Below are positions 1 through 8,864 of a stretch of 42,237 nt of DNA, piece after piece. The stretch's first letter is position 1; every line of letters starts with the position of its first letter. Position numbers and translations under genes: made by a program. The notes beneath the pieces are model-generated. The model saw nothing but the letters and a program-made list of their open reading frames with translations. It was not told the origin of the DNA and ran no database searches. Source of the stretch: a virus; IMG/VR virus record IMGVR_UViG_3300037467_000907, positions 1 to 42,237 of that record; one strand, written 5' to 3'.

Positions 1-127
1 AGATGGATTGGGTGTCTTAGGCTCGCTGACAAACAATGATATCAATGTAGGTTCAGACCATAACCATTCTGGAGTTCAACCCGGTAGTGGTGATTCTGGT
101 CCACCAAAACCATAAATAAATGAGGGG
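1..127. repeat. Terminal overlap, identical to 42111-42237 (circular-assembly overlap)
   Basis: Base-by-base identity read from the sequence. Positions 2-115 re-encode the last 37 codons plus stop of the spike CDS that ends at 42225. Confidence 0.95.
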
Positions 128-149
128 TCGCCGAAAGGCGGCTTTTTTT
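127..149 (+). terminator. Hairpin GTCGCC-GAAA-GGCGGC followed by T7, directly abutting the ATG at 150
   Basis: Stem 127-132/137-142 with one G-U pair, GAAA loop, T-run 143-149. Member of the late-operon hairpin series. Confidence 0.5.
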
Positions 150-503
150 ATGCGCTATAGAAAGTTAGATGATGATGGGGATTATAGCTTTGGCCAAGGT
201 CAAAACAATTTCCATATAAATACACCTGAGGGTGTAGCGCAGGCGGTAATGACTCGCCTTAAATTTTGGGTAGGTGAATGGTTTGCTGATACTTCAGACG
301 GCACAGGATGGAGCACTGATGTTTTAGGGAAATTCACCGACCATTTGTTTGAGCTCATGATTCGACAGCGCATTTTAAGCACTCAGGGTGTTTTAAGAGT
401 CGATTCGTTTGATAGTCAATTTGATGGTGAGACACGAAAGCTATCGATTCAATCAACCATTACAACGATTTACGGTTCAGCCAGTTTACAAGGGGAGATT
501 TAA
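150..503 (+). CDS. Small baseplate protein (gpW/gp25-like position between spike and baseplate J)
   Basis: 117 aa starting MRYRKLDDDGDY. The ATG at 120 would translate through the hairpin, so the 150 start is preferred. Sits between the spike gene and the J-like gene. Confidence 0.5.
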   Translation: MRYRKLDDDGDYSFGQGQNNFHINTPEGVAQAVMTRLKFWVGEWFADTSDGTGWSTDVLGKFTDHLFELMIRQRILSTQGVLRVDSFDSQFDGETRKLSIQSTITTIYGSASLQGEI

Positions 504-505
504 AG

Positions 506-1690
506 ATGGCATTAACTAGCATAGCCCCTGTAATTAATCAGTATGGTGCTACAGCTGCAACTTATAGTGAAATTGTCGAGTACCTAAAGGATAAGTACCG
601 AGGAATTTACGGCCAAGATGTTTACTTGGAAAACGATAGTCAAGATGGTCAGTGGATTGGTGTTATCGCACGTGCAATTGCTGACTGTAATGCTGAAGTT
701 ATAAATGCTTATAACTCTATGTCGCCGAGTACTGCCGATACTGATGCGCTATCGCGTAATGTAAAGATTAATGGTATTCGCCGTGCAGTGGCTACACAAT
801 CAAGTGTTTCGGTGGTATTGGTTGGTGTTGCAGGGACAATCATTAATAACGGTATTGTGAGCGACAAAAATAATAATCGTTGGTTATTGCCGGCACAGAT
901 TCTTATCCCAGCAGAAGGGGAAATTGTTGTATCTGCTATAGCTGAAAAAGCTGGAGCAATTCTAGCGCTGCCCAATGCTATTACTACTATTTCAACACCT
1001 ACGCGCGGATGGCAATCCGTAAACAATCCGCAGGCATCCACCTTAGGTGCTCCGGTCGAAAGCAACACTAAATTACGTCAACGCCAAGCATTATCAACGG
1101 CCATTCCTTCGCGTTCTTATACAGAGGGGATTCTAGGAGCTCTATTTAGTCTTGATGGTGTGAGCCGTTGTAAGGTTTATGAAAATCAAAAATCATTTAA
1201 TGATCCGCTAGGCTTGCCGCCAAACTCTTTGGCCGTTGTCGTAGCTGGTGGAGATGATCAATTGATTGCTGAGACGATTCGAGTAAAGAAGGCACCTGGT
1301 TGTGATCTGTACGGAAATACTACTGTGATTCGTCCAACGGTATACGGTGATCCTGTCTCAATTGAGTATTGGCGACCTATTCAGAAGTCTATTGGTATCC
1401 GTTTTGAATTAACGACTAATTCAGATTACACGGTAGATATTGGGGAGCAAATAAAGAGTGCTTCAGCTGATTACATTAACCAGCTCGATATCGGGGACCG
1501 GATCGCAATTAATAAGCTGTATGTACCAGCAGGTTTATACGGTGCATTAGATGCAAGGTCTTATGAAATTGAAAGCCTTCAATTAACTGTAGATGGTGTA
1601 CCGGTAGAAGGTGATTACACCTTAGATTTTAACGCCGTGGCCTATTGTGATTCAGACAATATCGAGATCAGTGTTGCTGGAGGTGGTTAA
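506..1690 (+). CDS. Baseplate J-like protein
   Basis: 394 aa. Size and position follow the Mu gp47/P2 gpJ order: hub, spike, W, J, I. Confidence 0.65.
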   Translation: MALTSIAPVINQYGATAATYSEIVEYLKDKYRGIYGQDVYLENDSQDGQWIGVIARAIADCNAEVINAYNSMSPSTADTDALSRNVKINGIRRAVATQSSVSVVLVGVAGTIINNGIVSDKNNNRWLLPAQILIPAEGEIVVSAIAEKAGAILALPNAITTISTPTRGWQSVNNPQASTLGAPVESNTKLRQRQALSTAIPSRSYTEGILGALFSLDGVSRCKVYENQKSFNDPLGLPPNSLAVVVAGGDDQLIAETIRVKKAPGCDLYGNTTVIRPTVYGDPVSIEYWRPIQKSIGIRFELTTNSDYTVDIGEQIKSASADYINQLDIGDRIAINKLYVPAGLYGALDARSYEIESLQLTVDGVPVEGDYTLDFNAVAYCDSDNIEISVAGGG

Positions 1691-2280
1691 TGCAAACAGA
1701 TGATTACTTGAATCTGATCATTAATGAACACCGGTCAAAACCAAACTTTAATGAGACGGTCAAAGTATCGATCGAGCCGATTATTGATTGCATGAACGTG
1801 CTGCAAAGCATGAATGAAAAGTTTGATTTAGATACAGCAAGTGGGGATCAATTAAATATTTTGGCTGAATGGGTGGGAGCTCCAACTGTTGTACCTGACA
1901 TTGTGCCTCTTCCTTTCTTTGGCTTTGAGGGACAACCTGAGTCACTAACATTTGGTGAGACGGATGATCCTGATATTGGCGGCTTTTGGCGTGAATCAGG
2001 TGTAAGCAGTTACCGTGGCCAAAGTATCCCACCTCAAAAATTACCCTCTGTAGTGAAAGCAAAGATTTTGCTTAATAACTGCGATTGCACACTCGATGAA
2101 GCATTTGAAATCTGCAAGTTATTGACTGATGTGCCTTTCAAATTAAAAGACAACAGAGATATGACTGTTATGTTTGAATTTCTTGCCGAGTTTCAACCCA
2201 TAGATAAAGAACTAGTTCGCTTGTTGTTTCCATTACCAAGCGGAGTTGAGCTAATTTTTTCGGATGAAGTAGATGGATAA
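1690..2280 (+). CDS. Baseplate/tail-fibre adaptor protein (gpI-like position)
   Basis: 196 aa. ATG overlaps the stop of the J-like gene (TAATG). Precedes the fibre genes. Confidence 0.45.
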   Translation: MQTDDYLNLIINEHRSKPNFNETVKVSIEPIIDCMNVLQSMNEKFDLDTASGDQLNILAEWVGAPTVVPDIVPLPFFGFEGQPESLTFGETDDPDIGGFWRESGVSSYRGQSIPPQKLPSVVKAKILLNNCDCTLDEAFEICKLLTDVPFKLKDNRDMTVMFEFLAEFQPIDKELVRLLFPLPSGVELIFSDEVDG

Positions 2281-2881
2281 GTTAGAAGAATTTAGCCTTA
2301 ATGGGCCAAAAAATACCGATGGGTTAACTTTATTGAGCGGCTTCCCATCAAATAAAAAGCCAGCTCGTCAATGGTTCAATTGGTTATTTAACTCACTAAC
2401 CAAAAAGATCAATGAAATTGTTGATGGCAAACTAGATGCAAGTGCTAATGCTGTTTCTGCAGCAAAATTAGAAACAGGTCGAAAGATTACTTTTACAGGA
2501 GTTGTAAAAGGAGAAGGAACTTTCGATGGATCTCAAGATATTACGATTGATACTAAAGATGGTGGAACTTTAGGCGAGAAAGCAATCGCAATTATCCGGC
2601 TTAATGGCGCAAGCTTTGATTTAGTCAAAAGTCGTGGATTTGCTTCGGTAACTAACAGCGGAAATGGCCAGATTGAGTTCACATTAAGTGAAAATGCCCC
2701 AGACACTGATTACGGAGTTATTTGCACTGGAACGAGTAATCGTGCTGATGCTGTCAGCTTACAAGAGCGTGAAGACTTCGCACGGACATCTACTAAATTT
2801 CGCTTAATGGGCGCCTTTGGTGGCGATAACACCCAAGGTGCTTATACTCCCAAAATTTGTACAGTAGTTGTCTATTACTAA
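2273..2881 (+). CDS. Short tail fibre protein
   Basis: 202 aa. N-terminal QWFNWLFNSLTKKINEIV motif is typical of fibre N-termini. Overlaps the upstream gene by 8 nt. Confidence 0.55.
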   Translation: MDKLEEFSLNGPKNTDGLTLLSGFPSNKKPARQWFNWLFNSLTKKINEIVDGKLDASANAVSAAKLETGRKITFTGVVKGEGTFDGSQDITIDTKDGGTLGEKAIAIIRLNGASFDLVKSRGFASVTNSGNGQIEFTLSENAPDTDYGVICTGTSNRADAVSLQEREDFARTSTKFRLMGAFGGDNTQGAYTPKICTVVVYY

Positions 2882-2900
2882 TTTTATTTAAAAATTTAAT

Positions 2901-2923
2901 AACCGCCTTCCGGCGGTTTTTTT
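2901..2923 (+). terminator. Hairpin AACCGCC-TTCC-GGCGGTT plus T-run
   Basis: 7-bp GC-rich stem and T7. Followed by a GGAGA SD and the ATG at 2945. Confidence 0.55.
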
Positions 2924-2944
2924 GTTGCGTGGAGATCCTAAAAG

Positions 2945-5890
2945 ATGGCAACAAACTGGAATGCGGTTTTAGCAAATATTAATAATGCTTCCGATATCCT
3001 GGCAATTCTACGAAAAGTCCTTGGCTTGCTCGATGGTAAAGTAGATTTAACTAAAATCGATGAAATTATTGCCGATATTTCTAATATGCAGACTAATGTG
3101 GATACAGCATTAACTAATGTTAATTCTGCATTATCTGAATTTGATACAGAAGCCCAAGAAGCTATTCAGCAAGTTATCGCTGCGGGTTTAATGGAGGGTT
3201 TTACAACTGAAGCTGAATTACTTGCAACTAGACCTTTAGAACCAAAAAAATATGCTAAAGCTGAAGATACGGATGTTATTTGGTTCTGGAACAAGCCAGA
3301 TGGTTCACCATCAGGCAGTTATTGGACTAGTACCGGATTAAGTGAATATAACCGGGCAATTAACTTTGTAAATGCTAATCCACTATTTAAGCCAATTAAA
3401 ATTGTTGCTGGTGACGATTTTAATAACTTTACAAAGCAAGGTATTTACTACCACTGGGGAGCAAATCTATCGAGTACTCAAGTAGTAAACGGTCCTTTGT
3501 ATGTGGGAGGGAACTTAGCACAAGGTGTTCTTATAGTTTATAACCCTGACTCAGCAGGTGCTAAAAGTTCGGGCCTTACTCATATATTTTATCCTTACAC
3601 AGATGGATACGCTCCTTTCTTCCGTAAGGTATTGCAGTCTAGCGGTAACTTTCCTACAACATGGGATAGTTATGTTCTACAGTCTACGCAGTTCTCAACA
3701 ATGACTGCTCTGACGACAGGTCAAGACGTCTTAGCGCTGCCAGTAGGTCGCTATAACATACCTTTAATAACAATCGGCAACTCATTGCTTAATATGCCGA
3801 CTATGCCATTGAAGTTTGGTAAGGTGGAAGTAGGCTATACAGCAAATAGTGGGTACAAAGAAGTTCGTATTACTCCATACGGGCAGGACAAAGCGTTCTA
3901 TGTAAACAAGCAATATGAATCAGGCGTATGGCATGGCTGGATAACATTTAAAGATGCAGCTACGCTTAAAGCTGAGAATGACTTGCTATACACAGCTAAG
4001 ACTGAGCTAGCATCGGCTATTGCTGGGGCACTAAACAATATATCGCAAGATAAATACTTTGGTAAGCAATTCACTGCAAGTGAACTAACTGGCTCAGTTC
4101 TTTGGAACACTTCCCCTTATGTTGGCTATAACAATAATAGTGGAGCTGGTGGCGTAAACTTTAACTACATCAAAGCAAACATGTGGTGTACTACAGCTGA
4201 GCCTATTCAGTACCGAGTGTATTACGGAGCTAAAGTTCAAACAGACTTTCGCGGCGGATCTGTACTACAGGCTAACGTAAACAGTCCTGACTACTCAGGC
4301 TTATGCAAGAACTTTCCTACTGCTGATTCAGGTGCAGCACAAGAGATACAGCTAGATCAAGTAATTTCCATACCGCCAAACACACCATTTGTTATTGTGT
4401 TTAGATCAGAGACAATTAAGATTATCAATCTCAGATATTTCGGTACTGCTACTGGCAACTTAGAGTCTCGCGGCTTTAACATATCTTCAAGTACTGCTGA
4501 TTGGGGCGCAGCAGGTATATCGGTTACGTCAATACCTAATCCGCCGACTACACCGACAGCGTTTGTCAGCGCTGGCTTTCAGTTACTATTTAAGCTGCTT
4601 AACAGCGGTGGTGGAACTCCACAGCCCACATTTACACCTAAGCTCGTATTGCCGCCTAAAATTTACGCTTTAGAAGGTCTACAAAGTAATATTTTCTTAC
4701 CGCATACAATCGGTATCGATCATACGCTTTATGACTATGACTTTACGTGTACCAAAGGCGCTCATCAGGTTAGTGGCTGGCGCTGGACACCGGCTAGCAC
4801 AGATGCTGCTGGCACATATGCGTTGACGCTAGCGTGTCTTGATAAGCGAACCGGTGACGTTCTAGCAACTGCCTCTACGCAAGTAATTCTTGTTGCCAAA
4901 ACAGCTAACGCAGGTAACACCAAGAAGATACAAGTAATTGGCGATTCACTTGTTGCGGCTGGATCTATTACACAGGGTATCCTAAACAATGCTAGCGCTG
5001 ACTCTATGGCGGTAACGTTGATAGGAACTCGTGGAACTGGGCTAAATAAACATGAAGGTCGCGGCGGATGGACGATTAACGACTATACAACAGCGGGTAG
5101 AACGTACTACTTATTTACAGTTAGTGGTATTACTACAGCGCCAGCTATTAACGCCACTATATATACGTATAACGGCGGTGAGTTCACTATTCAAGAATCA
5201 AATTTGTCTGGCGGTGCGGGTACATTGTTATGTAGCTATACTGGTACTGCGCCTGTTAATGGCTCTACTGGCACTTTGACTAAAAAAGATGCCGCTGCGG
5301 TAGGTGATACCTCTATTTCATTTAGTAATGTGCAATCGCAATCGGGGAATCCCTTCTGGAATGGTACAGCCATTGACTATCAAAACTACTTGACTGTTTA
5401 CGGCCTAACTGCTCCTGATGTTGTAATTATTCAGCTCGGTATCAATGACACTTTTGGCCTAACGTCAGATCAAGCAGTAACTGATTTCTGTGCTACTGCT
5501 TTTCCTAAGTTAGATTTATTGATTAACTCAATACTTGCTGTAAATGCAAATATAAAAGTGGCTGTATGTGCTCCACCTAGTTACGCGAGCCAAGATGCAT
5601 TCGGCAACAACTATCTTAATGGCCAAACGTCACGCCGTGCATGTAAGAATATTACCGCATTCAATGACGCTCTTTTCGCATACTACAAGCCAAAAGAAGC
5701 TAATAGAATTTACACTCTAAGTGGAGGTATTAACGTAGATTCAGCAAATAACTTCCCAGAAGCTTCTGTAGCTGTCAATTCACGTAACACTAAGACTGTA
5801 ATTAAACAAACGAACGGTGTGCATCCTGATACTGGTGGTTATTACGAAGAAGCGGATGCTATTACACCACTCATTAAGCTAATTGCATAA
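2945..5890 (+). CDS. Large tail fibre/tailspike with C-terminal SGNH (GDSL) esterase domain
   Basis: 981 aa with a coiled N-terminal fibre anchor. The C-terminus carries the SGNH blocks: IGDSL (GDS at 4940-4948), GRGGW, LGINDT and NGVHPD. Confidence 0.65.
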   Translation: MATNWNAVLANINNASDILAILRKVLGLLDGKVDLTKIDEIIADISNMQTNVDTALTNVNSALSEFDTEAQEAIQQVIAAGLMEGFTTEAELLATRPLEPKKYAKAEDTDVIWFWNKPDGSPSGSYWTSTGLSEYNRAINFVNANPLFKPIKIVAGDDFNNFTKQGIYYHWGANLSSTQVVNGPLYVGGNLAQGVLIVYNPDSAGAKSSGLTHIFYPYTDGYAPFFRKVLQSSGNFPTTWDSYVLQSTQFSTMTALTTGQDVLALPVGRYNIPLITIGNSLLNMPTMPLKFGKVEVGYTANSGYKEVRITPYGQDKAFYVNKQYESGVWHGWITFKDAATLKAENDLLYTAKTELASAIAGALNNISQDKYFGKQFTASELTGSVLWNTSPYVGYNNNSGAGGVNFNYIKANMWCTTAEPIQYRVYYGAKVQTDFRGGSVLQANVNSPDYSGLCKNFPTADSGAAQEIQLDQVISIPPNTPFVIVFRSETIKIINLRYFGTATGNLESRGFNISSSTADWGAAGISVTSIPNPPTTPTAFVSAGFQLLFKLLNSGGGTPQPTFTPKLVLPPKIYALEGLQSNIFLPHTIGIDHTLYDYDFTCTKGAHQVSGWRWTPASTDAAGTYALTLACLDKRTGDVLATASTQVILVAKTANAGNTKKIQVIGDSLVAAGSITQGILNNASADSMAVTLIGTRGTGLNKHEGRGGWTINDYTTAGRTYYLFTVSGITTAPAINATIYTYNGGEFTIQESNLSGGAGTLLCSYTGTAPVNGSTGTLTKKDAAAVGDTSISFSNVQSQSGNPFWNGTAIDYQNYLTVYGLTAPDVVIIQLGINDTFGLTSDQAVTDFCATAFPKLDLLINSILAVNANIKVAVCAPPSYASQDAFGNNYLNGQTSRRACKNITAFNDALFAYYKPKEANRIYTLSGGINVDSANNFPEASVAVNSRNTKTVIKQTNGVHPDTGGYYEEADAITPLIKLIA

Positions 5891-5903
5891 GTTAAAAACA
5901 TTG

Positions 5904-5927
5904 AAGCCCCTTAATAGGGGCTTTTTT
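5904..5927 (+). terminator. Hairpin AAGCCCC-TTAATA-GGGGCTT plus T-run
   Basis: 7-bp stem and T6. Followed by a GGAGA SD and the holin ATG. Confidence 0.55.
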
Positions 5928-5953
5928 ATTATTTATATTTTCTGGAGAAGTAC

Positions 5954-6343
5954 ATGGAACCAGTTTCCACTAGCGGTTTAACAGCATTATTAAAATTTTA
6001 TGGTGCAGCAATTATGGTGACTTTAGCAGTCGCTTTAGTTGCGGCAGTTGTATTAATGACCCGTATGCCACGCTCACCTCAAGAGTGGGCTGTCGGTCTT
6101 ATTTGTACAGTCGTATCAAGTTTAGCAGGTGGCTCATTCATTATTGTGAAGTGGGGTCTTCATGAATGGATTACTGATGTATGGGGGATGATGGCACTTG
6201 GTGGATTCTTCTTCGTTTGCGGTATTCCTGGTTGGGCTTTAGTACGGTGGACATTTAATTTTATCAATAAGCAGGAAGGTAAAACGATTATTGAAGTAAT
6301 CAAAGAAGTTAAGAAAGCCAGAAGTGATATCGAAAACAGTTAA
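5954..6343 (+). CDS. Holin (three predicted TM segments, charged C-terminus)
   Basis: 129 aa with hydrophobic stretches AAIMVTLAVALVAAVVLM, GLICTVVSSLAGGSFIIV and MMALGGFFFVCGIPGWALV, then a K/E-rich tail. Lies immediately upstream of the endolysin. Confidence 0.6.
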   Translation: MEPVSTSGLTALLKFYGAAIMVTLAVALVAAVVLMTRMPRSPQEWAVGLICTVVSSLAGGSFIIVKWGLHEWITDVWGMMALGGFFFVCGIPGWALVRWTFNFINKQEGKTIIEVIKEVKKARSDIENS

Positions 6344-6344
6344 T

Positions 6345-6367
6345 GCCGCCTTCGGGCGGTTTTTTTA
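6345..6367 (+). terminator. Hairpin GCCGCC-TTCG-GGCGG plus T8 between holin and endolysin
   Basis: The stem overlaps the holin stop codon. T-run 6360-6367, then AGGAAAAG SD and ATG 6385. Confidence 0.5.
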
Positions 6368-6384
6368 TTTTTAGGAAAAGTGAA

Positions 6385-6963
6385 ATGAACTTTAGTAATT
6401 TACAGAAAACCCTTGGTGTTGCAGTCGATGGGAAAATAGGACGTGGCACATTGACAGCTTTATTCAAGAAGCTTGGTGCAAATCAAAGCCGAGCTGAAGA
6501 ACTTGCTTTAGCTGCAAATGTGCATTTAAAAGAATATGCAATTTTGTATAACGAGTTACGCTTTGCTCATTTCATAGCTCAGCTTACACATGAGTCAGGT
6601 AACTTTCGATATATGGAAGAAATCGCAACTGGTGCAGCGTACGAGGGCCGTAAAGATCTCGGTAATGTTATGGCTGGTGATGGAGTCCGCTTTAAGGGCC
6701 GTGGACCTATCCAATTAACTGGACGAGCGAACTATCAAAAGTATGGCAGAGTATTAGGTATTGATTTTGAAGCTCATCCCGAACTTGTAGCAATACCAAG
6801 TATTGGTTTTCTGGTTGCCTGTAAATTTTGGGTAAACAATGGGCTGAATGAGCTTGCTGATCGTGATGATGTGCTAACTATTACACGCCGTATTAATGGC
6901 GGTACAAATGGCTTGGATGATCGTAAAGCCAATCTAACTAAAATTAAAAGCTGGATGTCATGA
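6385..6963 (+). CDS. Endolysin: N-terminal peptidoglycan-binding repeat plus GH19 chitinase-like muramidase domain
   Basis: GKIGRGTLTAL (PG_binding-like) and FIAQLTHESGNFRYMEE...GRKDLGN...KGRGPIQLTGRANY...INGGTNG (GH19 signature). The start was moved to 6385 because the longer ORF reads through the hairpin. Confidence 0.85.
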   Translation: MNFSNLQKTLGVAVDGKIGRGTLTALFKKLGANQSRAEELALAANVHLKEYAILYNELRFAHFIAQLTHESGNFRYMEEIATGAAYEGRKDLGNVMAGDGVRFKGRGPIQLTGRANYQKYGRVLGIDFEAHPELVAIPSIGFLVACKFWVNNGLNELADRDDVLTITRRINGGTNGLDDRKANLTKIKSWMS

Positions 6964-7058
6964 AAGCTTTAATATTGCTGTGCATTCTATTATCAGGATG
7001 CACAGCCCACACGATCAATAACAATGTGAGTGTCGGCATTTGTGTAAAAGCCCTCTAA
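6960..7058 (+). CDS. 32-aa lipoprotein ORF coupled to the endolysin stop (possible minimal spanin-like lysis accessory)
   Basis: ATGA overlap with the endolysin stop. Sequence MKALILLCILLSGCTAHTINNNVSVGICVKAL has lipobox LLSGC. Below the 60-aa ORF-track cutoff. Confidence 0.4.
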   Translation: MKALILLCILLSGCTAHTINNNVSVGICVKAL

Positions 7059-7067
7059 GGAGGGCTT
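7048..7067. terminator. Bidirectional terminator between the late operon and the convergent moron
   Basis: Perfect 8-bp stem AAGCCCTC/GAGGGCTT with TAAG loop, T-rich on both sides. Lies between convergent genes. Confidence 0.7.
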
Positions 7068-7076
7068 ATTTATGTA

Positions 7077-7709
7077 TTATTTAAGTTTGTGACACCACTT
7101 AGCTTTTTTCCCACTTCCACAGATACATGGATCATAGTTCGTAAGAGGTTTAATTAGTCGACTTATTTCTATTCCCAACATACACAAAGCATGCGTTATA
7201 TTTTCATATTCTATATGCTCATCAGGATCTGTTAAATGTACTTCACCATGCATTCCTTTTCTGTTACCTCTATTTTTAAACTCATATTCATAGTCTTTAA
7301 CTTTTAAAAAATCATGTACGTTCTTATTATTAGTTAAAGGTAGGCGGATATTATTTCTCTGATATCCTTCATAAAGTAAATCTGGTTGAGGTAAAAATAA
7401 GATATTTTCGGTCGTATGAGGACGATAGTTTAAATCCAAATAATTACCTTCTGGTGATTTCCATATAGCATGAAATTCAGCTTCAATATAAAGACCAGGT
7501 TGTTCCCAAAGTGACCATCCATTAATTCTTTCTCCTCCATGATCTTGAACGTATTGATCAACTAAGGGAAAGCACTCATTCTCAATCCCTAATAGGTTTG
7601 GCTGGCATCTAACATAAAATGGCATTGACTCAGAATCTATTTTTTTCAATAAAGCCTTTACAGATTCGCCTTCTAGGCAAGGTGTAAGTGGAACTAAAGG
7701 TTTTGTCAT
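7077..7709 (-). CDS. SEC-C zinc-motif protein of unknown function
   Basis: 210 aa. C-terminus CICGSGKKAKWCH closely matches the SecA C-terminal SEC-C metal-binding motif. The N-terminal ~190 aa is unrecognised. A TATAAT hexamer lies upstream on the minus strand (7744-7749). Confidence 0.6.
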   Translation of the reverse strand: MTKPLVPLTPCLEGESVKALLKKIDSESMPFYVRCQPNLLGIENECFPLVDQYVQDHGGERINGWSLWEQPGLYIEAEFHAIWKSPEGNYLDLNYRPHTTENILFLPQPDLLYEGYQRNNIRLPLTNNKNVHDFLKVKDYEYEFKNRGNRKGMHGEVHLTDPDEHIEYENITHALCMLGIEISRLIKPLTNYDPCICGSGKKAKWCHKLK

Positions 7710-7757
7710 AAAATCCCTATTACTAATATTTATGTTTCACCATATTATAAAATGTTT

Positions 7758-8579
7758 TTATTGCCTTTCCATTTCTGTGACTTTTAAGTGTTCTATGCAA
7801 TAGTCTCGTATTTCATCGTGAAGTTTAATAGTCTCATTTAACCATGTTTCGTAAGTGGTATTCTGGGGTTTGTTATCTATAATCGCTACCAGTTCATCCT
7901 TTTCGAAGAATCTTAAAATTTCTGCAATTTCAATACGTAGTGAATCTTTTCTATTTTCACTATAGGGTCTATAAATATCATAATTACGTTTTGAATTAGA
8001 CGAACCCGCTTTGATGATTGAGTTTACCTCTTCTGTTAAGTCATAGTATCTTTGATACTTTTTAAAGAAAAGATCACGATAAAAATCATCCATAATAAAA
8101 CAATGTTTATCAAAAGAATGGTAGAGGTTAATTAACGTATCATCCTTTTTAATCTCGCTATAGATCTTTATATTGGGGAAAAGACTAATTATGGATTTAT
8201 AAATATCAATTCTTTCTCTTTCTAAATAATCTGTTTTAATAATTAAAAATTTATCAATTTTTTTGAGGTTGTGAGAGTCCGATCTAATTTTATGTAATTC
8301 AACATATATGAGTTTTAGGTCGATTAAAATGTTTGTTAATATGGAATTTTCTAAGTCATAATTTTTTTCATCTCTCCAATCATTAAACAAATAAGCAGCT
8401 ACAGCAGCTGCACCTAAAGTCCCGATAACACCAAAGAGGCTTCCTGTGGTCGATAGACTATCTTGTACAGCTTTAAAATCGCCCCAATAGAAGTATAAAA
8501 TTCCAAAAATACTAAAAAGAAGAAATGCTAAAATTAAGCCTATAATCAAAATACTTATGGAAAATGTATTTTTATTCAT
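7758..8579 (-). CDS. 2TM membrane protein with ~205-aa K/D/E/Y-rich helical cytoplasmic domain, unknown function
   Basis: 273 aa. TM1 is SISILIIGLILAFLLFSIFGILYFY and TM2 is GSLFGVIGTLGAAAVAAYLF. Very AT-rich codon usage. Confidence 0.6.
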   Translation of the reverse strand: MNKNTFSISILIIGLILAFLLFSIFGILYFYWGDFKAVQDSLSTTGSLFGVIGTLGAAAVAAYLFNDWRDEKNYDLENSILTNILIDLKLIYVELHKIRSDSHNLKKIDKFLIIKTDYLERERIDIYKSIISLFPNIKIYSEIKKDDTLINLYHSFDKHCFIMDDFYRDLFFKKYQRYYDLTEEVNSIIKAGSSNSKRNYDIYRPYSENRKDSLRIEIAEILRFFEKDELVAIIDNKPQNTTYETWLNETIKLHDEIRDYCIEHLKVTEMERQ

Positions 8580-8800
8580 TAATCACCAACCGTACCCAAA
8601 ACAGGAATCATTTGTGGCCCAGTCATCCGAGCCTTACTGATAATTTCAACAAGTTCATCATAAGTTAAATTAAAAGAATCTTCACTATCAAAAACATAGA
8701 CCATATTTTTCCCTTCATATTCTAGTGGGGTAGGTGGGACGAAGCGCTTAGGGATAAGTGTTTGTGTTAATTGTTCGTCTGTTAGTCGTGTAAAGTTCAT
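8579..8800 (-). CDS. 73-aa acidic protein, translationally coupled to the 2TM gene
   Basis: TAATG stop/start overlap at 8579. GAGGA SD 8 nt upstream of the ATG at 8800. Confidence 0.5.
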   Translation of the reverse strand: MNFTRLTDEQLTQTLIPKRFVPPTPLEYEGKNMVYVFDSEDSFNLTYDELVEIISKARMTGPQMIPVLGTVGD

Positions 8801-8823
8801 ACTACATTCCTCTTTAATGAATT

Positions 8824-8843
8824 AATTGAGCAAATATTTGCTC
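8824..8843. promoter_or_regulatory. Operator-like element containing the perfect 16-bp palindrome GAGCAAATATTTGCTC
   Basis: Palindrome at 8828-8843, about 30 bp upstream of the 73-aa gene. Copy 1 of the 20-nt direct repeat AATTGAGCAAATATTT(G/T)CTC. Confidence 0.5.
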
Positions 8844-8864
8844 GAAAACAATAAAAATAATTAA

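Noticed and set aside
1-127. The terminal direct repeat could be a biological DTR, or attL/attR.
   Set aside because: It lies inside the baseplate-spike coding sequence, is exactly 127 bp, and has no host flanks. An assembly circularisation overlap is the simpler explanation.
709-1068. Antisense or out-of-frame ORFs nested in long structural genes. Examples: 200-382, 709-1068, 1781-2062, 3898-4110, 4765-4989, 5052-5279, 25974-26300, 26014-26268, 26738-26989, 29914-30246, 30510-30761, 31936-32163, 32386-32601, 34149-34449, 34981-35187, 35360-35781, 36193-36405, 37812-38150, 38232-38723, 38759-39016, 40780-41097, 41211-41523, 41967-42155.
   Set aside because: They are fully embedded in better-supported genes. 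They have no SD and low-complexity or odd composition, typical of shadow ORFs.
6343-6384. Long N-terminal extensions proposed by the ORF track. Examples: endolysin 6343, umuC 10226, umuD 10711, lipoprotein 18328, tape measure 37204, portal 26965, and 120, 23115, 23519, 29031, 33158.
   Set aside because: The extensions run through terminator hairpins, operators or promoters, or use TTG without an SD. Internal ATGs with good SDs or ATGA coupling fit better.
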